Source: Campylobacteraceae bacterium
Lineage (GTDB): Bacteria > Campylobacterota > Campylobacteria > Campylobacterales > BB28
Reading direction: 5' to 3'
Length of the DNA: 64,000 nucleotides
NCBI GenBank assembly: GCA_016744535.1
Contig: JADGEE010000004.1
Location: forward strand, 917-64,916
This document shows positions 9,350 to 19,872 of this stretch, one piece after another. The notes under the pieces were generated by a model, which was not told the origin of the DNA, did no database searches, and was given only the letters and a program-made list of their open reading frames with translations. Made by a program: the position numbers and the translations under genes. The stretch's first letter is position 1; the number at the start of each line of letters is the position of its first letter.

Positions 9350-11893
9350 ATGGATATTAGAGAAGAATTTTTAAACTACTTCAAGAGTAAAACACATAAA
9401 ATTTACGAGAGTATGCCACTAACTCCAGATGATGCTAGTCTACTTTTTACAAATGCAGGAATGGTACAATTTAAAGATATATTTACAGCACAAGTTCCAA
9501 CACCAACCAATCCAAAAGCTACAAGTTGTCAATTATGTCTTAGAGCTGGTGGGAAACATAATGATTTAGAAAATGTGGGTTACACTTCAAGACACCACAC
9601 ACTATTTGAAATGTTAGGAAACTTTAGTTTTGGAGATTATTTTAAAGCCCAAGCGATAGAGTTTGCTTGGGAGTTTATTACAAAAAATTTAGAACTTCCA
9701 ATTGATAAACTTTGGGTTACTGTTCACGATAGCGACAATGAAGCATATCAATTATGGCAAAAACATATAAGTAGTGATAGAATTAAAAAGTTAGGTGATA
9801 AAGATAATTTTTGGCAAATGGGTGAAACTGGGGCTTGTGGGCCTTGTAGTGAAATATTTTATGACCAAGGTGAAGTTCATTTCAATACTAAAGAGGATTA
9901 CTTAGGTGGAGATGGAGATAGATTTTTAGAGATTTGGAATTTAGTATTTATGCAATATGAAAAAGATTCTAGTGGAAAATTAAATCCACTTCCAAAACCT
10001 TCAATTGATACAGGAATGGGGCTTGAGAGAGTTCAAGCGATAAAAGAGGGAGTTTTAAGCAATTATGATTCTTCGCTTTTTATGCCCTTAATTAGAGAGA
10101 TAGAAGAGTTAGTAAAGAGAGAATATTCATATAAAAGTGGTGCTAGTTTTAGAGTAATAGCTGACCACATTAGAGCCGTTAGTTTTCTACTTGCACAAGG
10201 TGTAAACTTTGATAGAGAGGGACGAGGATATGTCTTAAGACGAATTTTAAGAAGAGCTGTAAGACACGGCTATTTATTAGGGTTGAAAAAACCATTTTTA
10301 TATAAATTAGTTGATAGATTAGCTGATATTATGAGACATTACACTTACTTAGAAGAGAAAAAAGAGACTATAAAATCTCAAATCAAAATGGAAGAGGAGA
10401 GGTTTTTCTCCACAATAGAGAGTGGAATGGAACTTTTTAATGCAGAGCTAGTTAATACAAAAGATATTTTTAGTGGTGAAGTAGCGTTTAAATTATATGA
10501 TACTTATGGTTTTCCACTTGATTTGACAGAGGATATGTTAAAAGATAAAAATTTAAAAGTTAATAAAGATAAATTTACAGAGTTAATGAGTGAGCAGAGA
10601 AATAGAGCTAAAGCTAACTGGAAAGGAACTGGTAGCGAAGTTAAAGAGGGGAATTTTAAAAGTTTAATTGATAACTTTGGAATCAATGAGTTTATAGGAT
10701 ATTCTCAAAATAGCTCAACTTCAAAAGTTTTAGTTCTACTTGATAATGATTTTAATGAAGTAAAAGAGTTAAGTGCAAATAACAGTGGTTGGGTAATGTT
10801 TGATAAGACTCCTCTATATGCAGAGAGTGGTGGACAGACTGGAGATAGTGGGGAAATTGAAGGCAAAGCAGAAGTTATTGATACAAAAAAATTCTTTGGA
10901 TTAAATTTGTCTGAAATTAAAGTTAGTGAGAGCATAAAAAGTGAGGATGAAGTTAGAGTTATAGTTGATAACTCAAGATTTGAAATAGAGAAACACCATA
11001 GTGCTACTCATATTTTACACTCTGGGCTTAAAGATATTTTAGGTGAACACATCGCACAAGCTGGAAGTTTAGTTGAATCAAATAGATTGAGATTTGATTT
11101 TTCTCATCCTAAAGCTTTAAGTAGTGACGAAATAGAAAAAATAGAAAATTTTGTAAATAATGTAGTGTCTAAAAATATTAAAAGTAAAATTGAAGAGATG
11201 CCAATTGCAAAAGCAAAAGAGAGAGGTGCAATGGCACTATTTGGTGAAAAATATGGTGATATTGTAAGAGTTGTGGAGTTTGGAGATGTAAGTTTAGAAC
11301 TTTGCGGAGGAACTCATTTAAATTCTACAAGTGAAATTGGAAGTTTTTTTATAACAAAAGAATCAGGTGTTAGTGCTGGAGTTAGAAGAGTTGAAGCCGT
11401 ATGCGGAGATAGTGCATATAAATATGCAAAAGATAAAATAAGAACACTAAATAATATTGAAGTTATTGTAAAAAATAGAGATGCTCTAATGGGAATTTCA
11501 AAACTTCAAGCAGATGTTAAAGAGTTAAAGCAAGAGTTAAAAAAAGCAACTTCTATGCAGAAACAAGAGTTAAAATCAATTGATATAAATGGTATAAAAG
11601 TTGTAATTGATGTAATTGAGGCTGGAGATATTAAAGAGACTATAGATGAGCTTAAAAATCAAAATGAGAGTATTGCTATTATGCTATTTCAGCCAAAAGG
11701 TGAAAAAGTTTTAATCGCAAGTGGAGTTAAAAATACCTCTATTAAAGCTGGAGAGTGGGTTAAAAACATCGCACCAATTCTAAAAGGTGGCGGTGGTGGA
11801 AGAGATGATTTTGCACAAGCTGGAGGAAAAGATGCTTCTAAAATAGATAAGGCAATAATTAAGGCGATAGAGTTTGTAAAAGAGAAACTTTAA
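9350..11893 (+). CDS. alaS: Alanine--tRNA ligase
   Basis: [38 protein letters not shown], editing HSATH and ELCGGTH, C-terminal GGGGG..FAQAGG. Confidence 0.99.
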   Translation: MDIREEFLNYFKSKTHKIYESMPLTPDDASLLFTNAGMVQFKDIFTAQVPTPTNPKATSCQLCLRAGGKHNDLENVGYTSRHHTLFEMLGNFSFGDYFKAQAIEFAWEFITKNLELPIDKLWVTVHDSDNEAYQLWQKHISSDRIKKLGDKDNFWQMGETGACGPCSEIFYDQGEVHFNTKEDYLGGDGDRFLEIWNLVFMQYEKDSSGKLNPLPKPSIDTGMGLERVQAIKEGVLSNYDSSLFMPLIREIEELVKREYSYKSGASFRVIADHIRAVSFLLAQGVNFDREGRGYVLRRILRRAVRHGYLLGLKKPFLYKLVDRLADIMRHYTYLEEKKETIKSQIKMEEERFFSTIESGMELFNAELVNTKDIFSGEVAFKLYDTYGFPLDLTEDMLKDKNLKVNKDKFTELMSEQRNRAKANWKGTGSEVKEGNFKSLIDNFGINEFIGYSQNSSTSKVLVLLDNDFNEVKELSANNSGWVMFDKTPLYAESGGQTGDSGEIEGKAEVIDTKKFFGLNLSEIKVSESIKSEDEVRVIVDNSRFEIEKHHSATHILHSGLKDILGEHIAQAGSLVESNRLRFDFSHPKALSSDEIEKIENFVNNVVSKNIKSKIEEMPIAKAKERGAMALFGEKYGDIVRVVEFGDVSLELCGGTHLNSTSEIGSFFITKESGVSAGVRRVEAVCGDSAYKYAKDKIRTLNNIEVIVKNRDALMGISKLQADVKELKQELKKATSMQKQELKSIDINGIKVVIDVIEAGDIKETIDELKNQNESIAIMLFQPKGEKVLIASGVKNTSIKAGEWVKNIAPILKGGGGGRDDFAQAGGKDASKIDKAIIKAIEFVKEKL

Positions 11894-12636
11894 AAATCTA
11901 TAAACTCTTTTGGCTCTTTTGATTCAAATTCATAATCAAAAAGTTTTATCTTTTTTGAGTGAAGCATAACTCTTTTTGAACGCATTTGAGCCCCATATAA
12001 CTCATCTCCTAAAATTGGATAACCAATACTTTTTAAATGTATCCTAATTTGATGTGTTCTACCTGTTTGAATAATTATTTTTAATTTTGAGCGTTTACCG
12101 ATAATTCCTACTGGTTCAATCTCTGTTAGTGCCTCTTTACCATCTTTTGAAATTACACTTTTAGCACCACCCTTTCCTTTTACTGTAAGAATTGGTTTAT
12201 CAATTGAAATTGGCTCAACAACAACTCCCTCAACTACTGCAATATACTCTTTGTATACTCTTTTTTCTTTAAATTCATTAATAGCTTTCTCTCTAAATTC
12301 ATCATTTTTAACTAAAATTAAAATTCCACTTGTCTCTTTATCTAATCTATGAAGTAATCTTGTTTCTCTGTTTTTTTCTTTGAAAGTTTTTTCAATCTCT
12401 TCACTTAATATTCCAAATGGTTTATCCACTGCTATTAAGTTTTCATCTTCAAAAATTGTTTTAATATTTGACTGTTTTATAACTTTAAATCTACTATTAT
12501 CATTTACAACCCCTCTTGCAATTTTGACTTTTTTATCACCTATAAAAACTAAGCCTCTGTCTATTAAATCTTTTGCTTTTGAGTTTGAAATAAATTCTTG
12601 TTTTGCTAGCAATTTATACGCTTTATCTTCTGCCAT
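11890..12636 (-). CDS. RluA-family pseudouridine synthase with S4-like N-terminus
   Basis: [10 protein letters not shown] catalytic motif, [19 protein letters not shown]; syntenic with waaA as in Campylobacter. Confidence 0.92.
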   Translation of the reverse strand: MAEDKAYKLLAKQEFISNSKAKDLIDRGLVFIGDKKVKIARGVVNDNSRFKVIKQSNIKTIFEDENLIAVDKPFGILSEEIEKTFKEKNRETRLLHRLDKETSGILILVKNDEFREKAINEFKEKRVYKEYIAVVEGVVVEPISIDKPILTVKGKGGAKSVISKDGKEALTEIEPVGIIGKRSKLKIIIQTGRTHQIRIHLKSIGYPILGDELYGAQMRSKRVMLHSKKIKLFDYEFESKEPKEFIDF

Positions 12637-13762
12637 TTTTAACCTCTTTTATAATTTTATCTATATTTATAGTTTGAATAATTTTTGATTTTTTTAAATC
12701 ACCTTTTAAAATTTTGGTTAAATTCTCTTTAGTTGTAAAATTAATACCCTCTACATTCTTATATAACTCTTTTTGATTAAAATAACTATCCCCACTAATA
12801 ATTTTTAAATTAAAATATGCTGGTTCAATCGGATTATGTCCCCCAATATTTTCATTAAAAGTCCCACCAATTACGACTATATTACTAATTGCGTAAATAT
12901 TGATTAATTCCCCCAAGCAATCAATTAATATTATATCACTATTAAAGCTTTTATCATTTGAAAATTTTGAAAAAGTAAAATTTTTATATTGTTTAATGAT
13001 AGCTTCAACTTCATTAAATCTTTCAGGATGTCGTGGTGCAATTACTAGTTTGCTATCTTTTAAATTTGCATCTCTAAATGAGTTTAATATTAACTCCTCT
13101 TCACCTCTATGTGTGCTACCTGCTGTAATTATTTGTGAATCTAATTTTAAATATTTTTTACTAGCTTTTATATTTTGTGCTAATTTTATATTTCCTATAA
13201 CTTCAATATTTTTTACACCAAAATTTAAAAATTTTTCTTTATCACTTTCACTTTGACAGAATATTTTGTCAATTTTAAGAAAAATTTTCTTATAAAACCA
13301 CTTAAATCTTAAATATTTTGGATATGATTTATCTGAAATTCTTGCATTTATTAATATAGTTTTAGTTCCTCTTAATTTTGTAATTAAAAATAGCATATAC
13401 CAAAACTCTGCCTCAACTACAATCAATACTTTAGGTTTTTTTATCCAAAATGGTAAAAATATTTCAAATGGTAAATATTGTACATTAGGAGTCAATTTTT
13501 TTGCTTCATTAAACCCAGTCTCTGTAATAACTGATAAATTTATATTTTCAAAATTTTCAATTATAGGTTTGAGTGATTTAATTTCTCCAAGTGAACAAGC
13601 GTGAAACCAAATATAATCTCTTTTAAATGGAAAGTTTTTAAATATAAAAAATCTAGCTGGAATAGATTTTTTATATTTACTTTTAAAAGAAATATAAATT
13701 AAAAATGGAATAGAAAAAATATATAAAATAAGTGCTAAAAAATAGTAAATTATTGAAAAAAT
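12623..13762 (-). CDS. waaA: 3-deoxy-D-manno-octulosonic acid (Kdo) transferase; apparent ATT start
   Basis: WFHACSLGE, EAEFW, INARISDKS, APRHPERF, GGHNPIEPA. The frame stays open for 89 codons upstream of the ORF-track TTG and contains no ATG/GTG/TTG; ATT at 13762 follows a GAGG. Confidence 0.9.
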   Translation of the reverse strand: MFSIIYYFLALILYIFSIPFLIYISFKSKYKKSIPARFFIFKNFPFKRDYIWFHACSLGEIKSLKPIIENFENINLSVITETGFNEAKKLTPNVQYLPFEIFLPFWIKKPKVLIVVEAEFWYMLFLITKLRGTKTILINARISDKSYPKYLRFKWFYKKIFLKIDKIFCQSESDKEKFLNFGVKNIEVIGNIKLAQNIKASKKYLKLDSQIITAGSTHRGEEELILNSFRDANLKDSKLVIAPRHPERFNEVEAIIKQYKNFTFSKFSNDKSFNSDIILIDCLGELINIYAISNIVVIGGTFNENIGGHNPIEPAYFNLKIISGDSYFNQKELYKNVEGINFTTKENLTKILKGDLKKSKIIQTINIDKIIKEVKNGRR

Positions 13763-13763
13763 T

Positions 13764-14489
13764 TTAAACCTCTTGTTCTACTGATTTTGGATCTATATAT
13801 ATAATTCTTCCACAATGTGGACAAGTTATAATATCTTCAGTTTTAATGACTTCTGAATGGATTCTATCACTTATTTTCATAAAACAACCATAACAAGCCT
13901 GTTTATTAACTTCTACAACAGCTGTATTTCCTGCCCATCTTCTAATTTTTTCATAAAAAGTTATAATTTTTTGATCCATCTCCGAAATTAATTTAGACTT
14001 TTGAGTAGAAATTTTTTCTCTTTGTTCTTGAGTCTCTTTTAAATTTTTGTTTACATTAACTTCTTTAGCTTTTATACTCTTTTCTAACTCATTTACATTA
14101 GTTTGTAACTCTTTTGTTTTACTCTTTTGATTCTCAATTGTTTTATCAAATCTATCTATCTCATCATTTGCAAAAGATAATTGTTCTTTTGTAATTTCAT
14201 CTTCTAAATTGAGTGCTTTTGCCTCTTTTTCAGTTTTAACTTGAGAATTCTTTTTAGCTATATCTTCAAGTTTACTTGATAGTTCAGCTAAATGTGTCTC
14301 ATTTTTACGCTTTTTGTTTTTTAAATCAACTATATTTTCATTTAAATTTTCTATCTCTTTTAAAAAAGTATCCCTATCAGTTATTATTGAATTTAAATCT
14401 TTTTTAATTTCCTCCATCTTTGGTTCAAAAGAGTCAATCTCTTTGTCAATTTTTGATAAATCTATCAACTGTCTTAAATGTTTATTCAT
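13764..14489 (-). CDS. Coiled-coil C4 zinc-ribbon protein (HP0958/Cj0706-like)
   Basis: Long coiled coil followed by ACYGCFM...CPHCGRI; located between nif3 and waaA. Confidence 0.9.
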   Translation of the reverse strand: MNKHLRQLIDLSKIDKEIDSFEPKMEEIKKDLNSIITDRDTFLKEIENLNENIVDLKNKKRKNETHLAELSSKLEDIAKKNSQVKTEKEAKALNLEDEITKEQLSFANDEIDRFDKTIENQKSKTKELQTNVNELEKSIKAKEVNVNKNLKETQEQREKISTQKSKLISEMDQKIITFYEKIRRWAGNTAVVEVNKQACYGCFMKISDRIHSEVIKTEDIITCPHCGRIIYIDPKSVEQEV

Positions 14490-14513
14490 ATCTAACCTTT
14501 ACTATTTTGAAAA

Positions 14514-15230
14514 TTAAGAAAATGGGTTTATTGAATCTGTAATTATAACTTTTAATTGCATTTTTTTCAAATTGCTACTTAAAGAATTTACAAAATACTT
14601 TTCACTCTCAAAGTGTCCAATATCTATTAAATTAAGCCCTATCTCTTTAGCCTCTAGGGCTTCGTGATATTTTATATCACCTGTAATCAGACAATCAGAT
14701 TTTATCTTTTTTATTAAACTAGCCCCTGCCCCAGTTACAATAGCACATTTTTTTATAAAATCATCAACTTTTACAACTCTTTTATAATTTAAATTTAATT
14801 TTTTAATAATTAAATTATGAAATTCATTAAAACTCATATTCACATCAAAATAAGTTATAAATTCATCAACTTCACTAACTTTAAAGTTTAAAATTTCTTC
14901 TAAAACGAATTTATTTAAGTGAGTTTTATCATAATTTGTATGCATAGAAATTAAAGATATATCTTTTTTAATCAATTCTCTTAAAAGTTTTGAGCTAAAA
15001 TCATTAAAATTAATTCTTTTTAATGGCTTAAAAATCAAAGGATGATGAGTAATAATAAGTGAATTTGGCTTTAATTTTGAAATTAATTCACTATCTAAAT
15101 CTAAACTAATATAGATATCTTCTATTTCATCTTCAAAATTTCCAACAAGTAAACCACTATTATCCCAAGCCTCTTGCAATTCAAATGGGCTTAACTCATC
15201 TAATATTTTGTAAATATTTTTGATTTTCAT
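14514..15230 (-). CDS. Nif3-like dinuclear metal-centre protein (YbgI/GTP cyclohydrolase I type 2 family)
   Basis: WDNSGLLVG, ITHHPLIF, MHTNYD, TGDIKYH, IGHFESE motifs. Confidence 0.93.
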   Translation of the reverse strand: MKIKNIYKILDELSPFELQEAWDNSGLLVGNFEDEIEDIYISLDLDSELISKLKPNSLIITHHPLIFKPLKRINFNDFSSKLLRELIKKDISLISMHTNYDKTHLNKFVLEEILNFKVSEVDEFITYFDVNMSFNEFHNLIIKKLNLNYKRVVKVDDFIKKCAIVTGAGASLIKKIKSDCLITGDIKYHEALEAKEIGLNLIDIGHFESEKYFVNSLSSNLKKMQLKVIITDSINPFS

Positions 15231-15913
15231 ATTTTACTTATACTATTTTTTATGTTATGTATTACTGATATTTCATTTAAAAGTGTTACATATTTATAGA
15301 TAGGATATAGTAGCATAAATGATATAAATGGAGATGAGTAAGATATTACAAACATTAAACCAACTTGTGTTCTAGGTTCAAAATATGTAAAAGCTATATT
15401 CAGTTGAGCTAAAAATGGAATAAGTGTTATTGCAATAATAACAAGATAGAGTCTATTTATTTTTATATTCTCTAATGAATTTGAATCAACAGAAAAAGGA
15501 TTTGCAAAATAAAGTTTTGCAAAATCTATAATTAAAAATAGAAAAAGTATAAAATTTACTACTAAAATTAAGTGAGAAATATGAAAAGTAAATTGTTCAT
15601 CAATTAACTTAAAAAATGGATTTATTAAATTTTGAGAAGCTAATATACTAATCAATATACCTGAAATAAAAACTAAAACAACATTTTTTAAAATTTCAAT
15701 ACTACTTTTTATATTACTTTCAAGTTCTCTTAAATTTTTTTTTATATTAACACTATCATTATCTTCTGGATTATAAAAGAATAGTTGTCTTTTACACTCA
15801 TCATCTTCTACTTTAGAATTTACATTTTGTAAAACTTTTTGATGACACTCTTTTAATATTTTATATCTATTTATATTTTTATTTATCGAAAAAAAATCAA
15901 TTTTCATCTTCAT
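15227..15913 (-). CDS. Hypothetical membrane protein with about four TM helices
   Basis: Four hydrophobic stretches in the C-terminal two thirds; ATG 15913 after GGAG; stop overlaps the nif3 start (ATGA). Confidence 0.6.
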   Translation of the reverse strand: MKMKIDFFSINKNINRYKILKECHQKVLQNVNSKVEDDECKRQLFFYNPEDNDSVNIKKNLRELESNIKSSIEILKNVVLVFISGILISILASQNLINPFFKLIDEQFTFHISHLILVVNFILFLFLIIDFAKLYFANPFSVDSNSLENIKINRLYLVIIAITLIPFLAQLNIAFTYFEPRTQVGLMFVISYSSPFISFMLLYPIYKYVTLLNEISVIHNIKNSISKI

Positions 15914-18080
15914 GTAATCTCCCAATTTTACATATTTTCTCTTCAAGCCCTACTTCTTGAGCCTCTTGCATATTTGCAAATATAACAAATATTTTTTCTA
16001 TAAAACCATCCGTTTTTCTATCTATCTTTAAACTATTATTTAATGTATAAAATGTATCAACTGTTAAATCAACAAATATTGTAGGTATATCTTTTGATTG
16101 GATTATATTTTCTCTCTCAAGTAAAAAATTTTTATCATTAAATAGAGAGTGATAGGCAAAAGCAATCCCATTACTCATTAAACTTCCTGTATCATTTACT
16201 GAATATAGAGCCACTTTATCTATATTAACAAAAAGTTCATTTATTTTTTGTGCAAAAAATGTAGAAATTGCAAAAAACATATGACTATCTGCTAATAATC
16301 TATTTACATCTAACAACCTATTATCGTCTACTTTGCACTTTTTATATAACTCTTCATAATTTAAAATATTACTTAAATTTTTAGATAAATATTCAAAATA
16401 CTCTTTCCAATTTACAGTTGTAATATTAAATTTTTCAAAATCTATTTCATTTAACATATACTCATCTAATTTTATATTTTCAACTACAAATCTATCATTT
16501 TTTAAAACTATATCGCATAAATCATATTTTGATTTTTTATCACTAAAATCAACTTTTTTATAATTTGTAAATTCAGCAATTGTTAAAATTTTTGAGATAC
16601 CATCTTCAAAATATGGTTTTTTTGTTTGTACAGACCTTTTTCTATATAATTCAACTGTTGAAAGTGTAAAATTTGTTTTTCTATTTTCATCTATAAATAA
16701 AATATTTCCACCTTTAAACAGACTTCTAGGATGAAAGCTTAAATAAGGAAAAGATACAAAATGATAAATATGTCTTACTTCTTTTTTAGCAATTATAAAA
16801 TTATAAATATTTAAACAGTGTGCTATAAATGAACCCGACTTATAAAGTCCAACAATATTATTTAAGTATTTTTTGTTTTCTGTATCTTTTCTATTTAGCT
16901 GACTTTCAACTATTTTATATAAAATATGAAGAAGTAAATAAGTTTTATTTATATATTTTTTTTCCTCTAAAACTCTTCTAAATTTAAATTTTTTCTCTGC
17001 TTCATTATCAATCATTTTAGTAATAACTTTCTTTAAATCATACTCTATTTTTTCTTTTTTTATTCCTTCTTTTTTATAAAAATCAGTAGGTTTAAAATTA
17101 TAATTATCTAATTGTTTTAAAGTTAAATCTTTAGTTTTATAATCATTAAATATCTCTTTAAATACATAATTTAATATAAATTTTTTCTCAATTTCAAAAA
17201 TTTTTAAATAAAATATTTCATTCTCTATATTTCCATCATAAAATTCTGCAACTAAATTTAAATAATCATTTACATAATTAGATATTTCTTCTTTAAAGTT
17301 ATCTTTTATTCTTATTCTTTCTGTTATCTTTACAGTTTCATACTTATATGAAATAAGTCGAGATATTTTCCATAATCTATAAGCTAAAATATAACTAAAT
17401 GGTTCAAGTAAAACTCTTTTATCTTTTGAATATTTTACAAATTCTTGATAAATTTTTATATCATTAATATCTTGTTCAAAATTTTCATCATCTTCTAATA
17501 TTTGCTTTAAAACTTCTTTTATTAAATTTCTTGACCATTTTCTTATAAAGCCATTATTATTATATTCAAATATTTTCATATTTTTTATTTTAGTAAAAAT
17601 AGTTTTGTTATACTCAAATCTAGTAAAAACTCCATTTTTTTTATAAAAAATAAAATCAAACATTAAAAATATTTTAATATTCAAACTCATAAAATAAGCT
17701 CTAAATTCGTTATCACTTAAATCATTTGCGTATATATACTCACATAAATTAGCTATCTCTTCAGAATTATGCATTGAAATATCTAAAAGTGAATTTTTTG
17801 GAGTTTCTGTAAAAATAGAGTAATTCAGTTTTGAAGCAATTAAATCAAAATAGAATGACCAAAATCTAATTTCATCACTATGTTCTTTAAAATATGGATG
17901 GGTAGAAAAAATATCTAATTGAAATTTATATAATGCCTCAAAAGCTTTTGCTAAATTTCCTTTTATCTCAAACCAATTTTCATCTAACTCATCTCGTTTA
18001 ACATTATACAATTCATCTAACTTAGAGGCACTCATTACAAATTTTTTAATACTCTCCACTCTGTAATCGTCAATAAACAT
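15897..18080 (-). CDS. 727-aa hypothetical protein with two degenerate type I PRTase-like domains
   Basis: IVGLYKSGSFIAH...NILFIDENRKTNFT and LLDVNRLLAD...DTGSLMS...TIFVDLTVDTFYT resemble PRTase beta-strand and PRPP-loop segments; strong AGGAG SD. Confidence 0.55.
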   Translation of the reverse strand: MFIDDYRVESIKKFVMSASKLDELYNVKRDELDENWFEIKGNLAKAFEALYKFQLDIFSTHPYFKEHSDEIRFWSFYFDLIASKLNYSIFTETPKNSLLDISMHNSEEIANLCEYIYANDLSDNEFRAYFMSLNIKIFLMFDFIFYKKNGVFTRFEYNKTIFTKIKNMKIFEYNNNGFIRKWSRNLIKEVLKQILEDDENFEQDINDIKIYQEFVKYSKDKRVLLEPFSYILAYRLWKISRLISYKYETVKITERIRIKDNFKEEISNYVNDYLNLVAEFYDGNIENEIFYLKIFEIEKKFILNYVFKEIFNDYKTKDLTLKQLDNYNFKPTDFYKKEGIKKEKIEYDLKKVITKMIDNEAEKKFKFRRVLEEKKYINKTYLLLHILYKIVESQLNRKDTENKKYLNNIVGLYKSGSFIAHCLNIYNFIIAKKEVRHIYHFVSFPYLSFHPRSLFKGGNILFIDENRKTNFTLSTVELYRKRSVQTKKPYFEDGISKILTIAEFTNYKKVDFSDKKSKYDLCDIVLKNDRFVVENIKLDEYMLNEIDFEKFNITTVNWKEYFEYLSKNLSNILNYEELYKKCKVDDNRLLDVNRLLADSHMFFAISTFFAQKINELFVNIDKVALYSVNDTGSLMSNGIAFAYHSLFNDKNFLLERENIIQSKDIPTIFVDLTVDTFYTLNNSLKIDRKTDGFIEKIFVIFANMQEAQEVGLEEKICKIGRLHEDEN

Positions 18081-18240
18081 TTATTACCACTCCTACTCCT
18101 TTTTTATCGTCATCAGAGATAAATTAAATAATTTAAAGCAAAAAGTTATCCACTTTAAAAATCAAGATGAAAGTTTATCAACTAAAAGCTTAAAAATCAC
18201 ATATAAACTAATTTTAAACAACAGAATATAACTACATATA

Positions 18241-18494
18241 TCAATTTTGATATTTTAAGTGATGTCTTTTTAAAGCTTCTCTCACATTTTCATCTTTTTT
18301 AGCAATATCTTCAATAATATCTAACACTTTTTCTAGTGCATTTTTATCAGTTTTATCTCTTAATTTATCTTCTACTATTTTTGAAAACCTTTCTTTATTA
18401 GTTTTTTTCTATCAAAATAGATATAACCTACTAAACAAGAAAAAGTAATTATGATAAAAATCATCATGATATATTCAAAAAGTGTATGATTCAT
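18241..18494 (-). pseudogene. Small membrane-protein gene frameshifted in an A7 tract
   Basis: ATG 18494 gives MNHTLFEYIMMIFIIITFSCLVGYIYFDRKK then an early stop; one extra A in the tract (T7 at 18402-18408 on +) joins it to TNKERFSKIVEDKLRDKTDKNALEKVLDIIEDIAKKDENVREALKRHHLKYQN*. Confidence 0.5.
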
Positions 18495-18553
18495 ATTGAA
18501 ATAAAAACCAATAAAGACAAATAGGTAAAAGTATTTTTTTCAATATTTATTTC

Positions 18554-19450
18554 TTATTTGCTACTCTTCACTTTTGCAATTCTCTCTTCTCTAAATTTCT
18601 CTTGCTCTTTATATAACTCTGCACACCCTTTTGAAAGCTCTCTAATTTTTAAGATATAGTTTTGTCTCTCTGTAACTGATATAGCTTTTCTAGCATCAAG
18701 TGTATTAAATATATGACTTGCTAACATTGTTTGGTCATACGCAGGAAGTGGTAAGCCCTGATCTAAACAATTTTTTGCTTCAATTTGGAGTTTATCAAAC
18801 ATATCAAAAAGCATTTCTGTATTAGCAATTTCAAAATTATATTTACTAAATTGATACTCACTCTCAAAATGTACATCTGCATAAGTTGTTTTACCGTGTT
18901 CATTTACATTCCAAACAATATCAAATATATTATCAACTCCTTGCAGATACATAGCCAGTCTCTCTGTTCCATAAGTAATCTCAACTGCAACTGGATCACA
19001 AACTAAACCACCAACTTGTTGAAAATATGTAAATTGAGTAACTTCCATACCATCTAGCCAAACTTCCCAACCAAGTCCCCACGCTCCAAGTGTTGGTGAC
19101 TCCCAATTATCCTCAACAAATCTAATATCGTGTTCTTTTACATTAAGCCCTAAAAACTCTAAACTTTTTAAGTATAACGCTTGAATATTTTCAGGTGATG
19201 GTTTAATTAAAACTTGAAATTGATAATAACTTCCAAGTCTATTTGGATTTTCTCCATATCTGCCATCTGTTGGTCTTCTTGAAGGAGCTACATAAGCTGT
19301 TGCCCAAGGTTTTGAGTCTAAACTTCTTAGAAGTGTTGCTGGGTGAAATGTACCTGCACCTGCTGGAATATCATAAGGTTGAACGATATTACATCCTTGA
19401 TTTTTCCAGAATTCTTGTAATTTAATAAGTAAGTCACTAAAAGTTAGCAT
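18554..19450 (-). CDS. glyQ: Glycine--tRNA ligase alpha subunit
   Basis: [52 protein letters not shown]. Confidence 0.99.
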   Translation of the reverse strand: MLTFSDLLIKLQEFWKNQGCNIVQPYDIPAGAGTFHPATLLRSLDSKPWATAYVAPSRRPTDGRYGENPNRLGSYYQFQVLIKPSPENIQALYLKSLEFLGLNVKEHDIRFVEDNWESPTLGAWGLGWEVWLDGMEVTQFTYFQQVGGLVCDPVAVEITYGTERLAMYLQGVDNIFDIVWNVNEHGKTTYADVHFESEYQFSKYNFEIANTEMLFDMFDKLQIEAKNCLDQGLPLPAYDQTMLASHIFNTLDARKAISVTERQNYILKIRELSKGCAELYKEQEKFREERIAKVKSSK

Positions 19451-19872
19451 TTAAATCCTTTTTCCTAATTGCTATATCTTAAATATTTTTTTTATTTTAC
19501 TTTTATTTGAATTAAGACTTAGTAATATAATTTTACTTTTTTTCAAACGGTTTAAAAATTACAATTAAATTTAAAAATAAAGTTAAAAAAGTTTGTGGAG
19601 ATTATGAAAATAGATATATAAAAATTGGCGTTGAGTTCTTTCACAGCTAAATTAATTTAAAAATATAAGAATTATGAAATGTAAAGATTGTAATTTAAAA
19701 TCTATTAAAAAAATGCTAAAGATTGGAAAACAGGCTTTAAATTTCAGATAATATTTTATTTTTTTTAGTGATAAATTTATGATATTTTGTAATTTACTCT
19801 CACTTCACTCATAACAAATATATATTTAATAGATAATATTATATAATAGATAAAAATATTTGGGAGAAAAAA

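Noticed and set aside
18166-18174. DnaA-box-like TTATCCACT near the start of the 727-aa gene (coordinates approximate)
   Set aside because: Single imperfect box with no cluster, no DUE and no dnaA context.
19451-19872. 422-bp glyQ-typA intergenic region as an ncRNA, riboswitch or sigma-54 promoter
   Set aside because: No GC-rich stems, T-box or glycine-riboswitch features, or GG-N10-GC element recognised; consistent with divergent AT-rich promoters.
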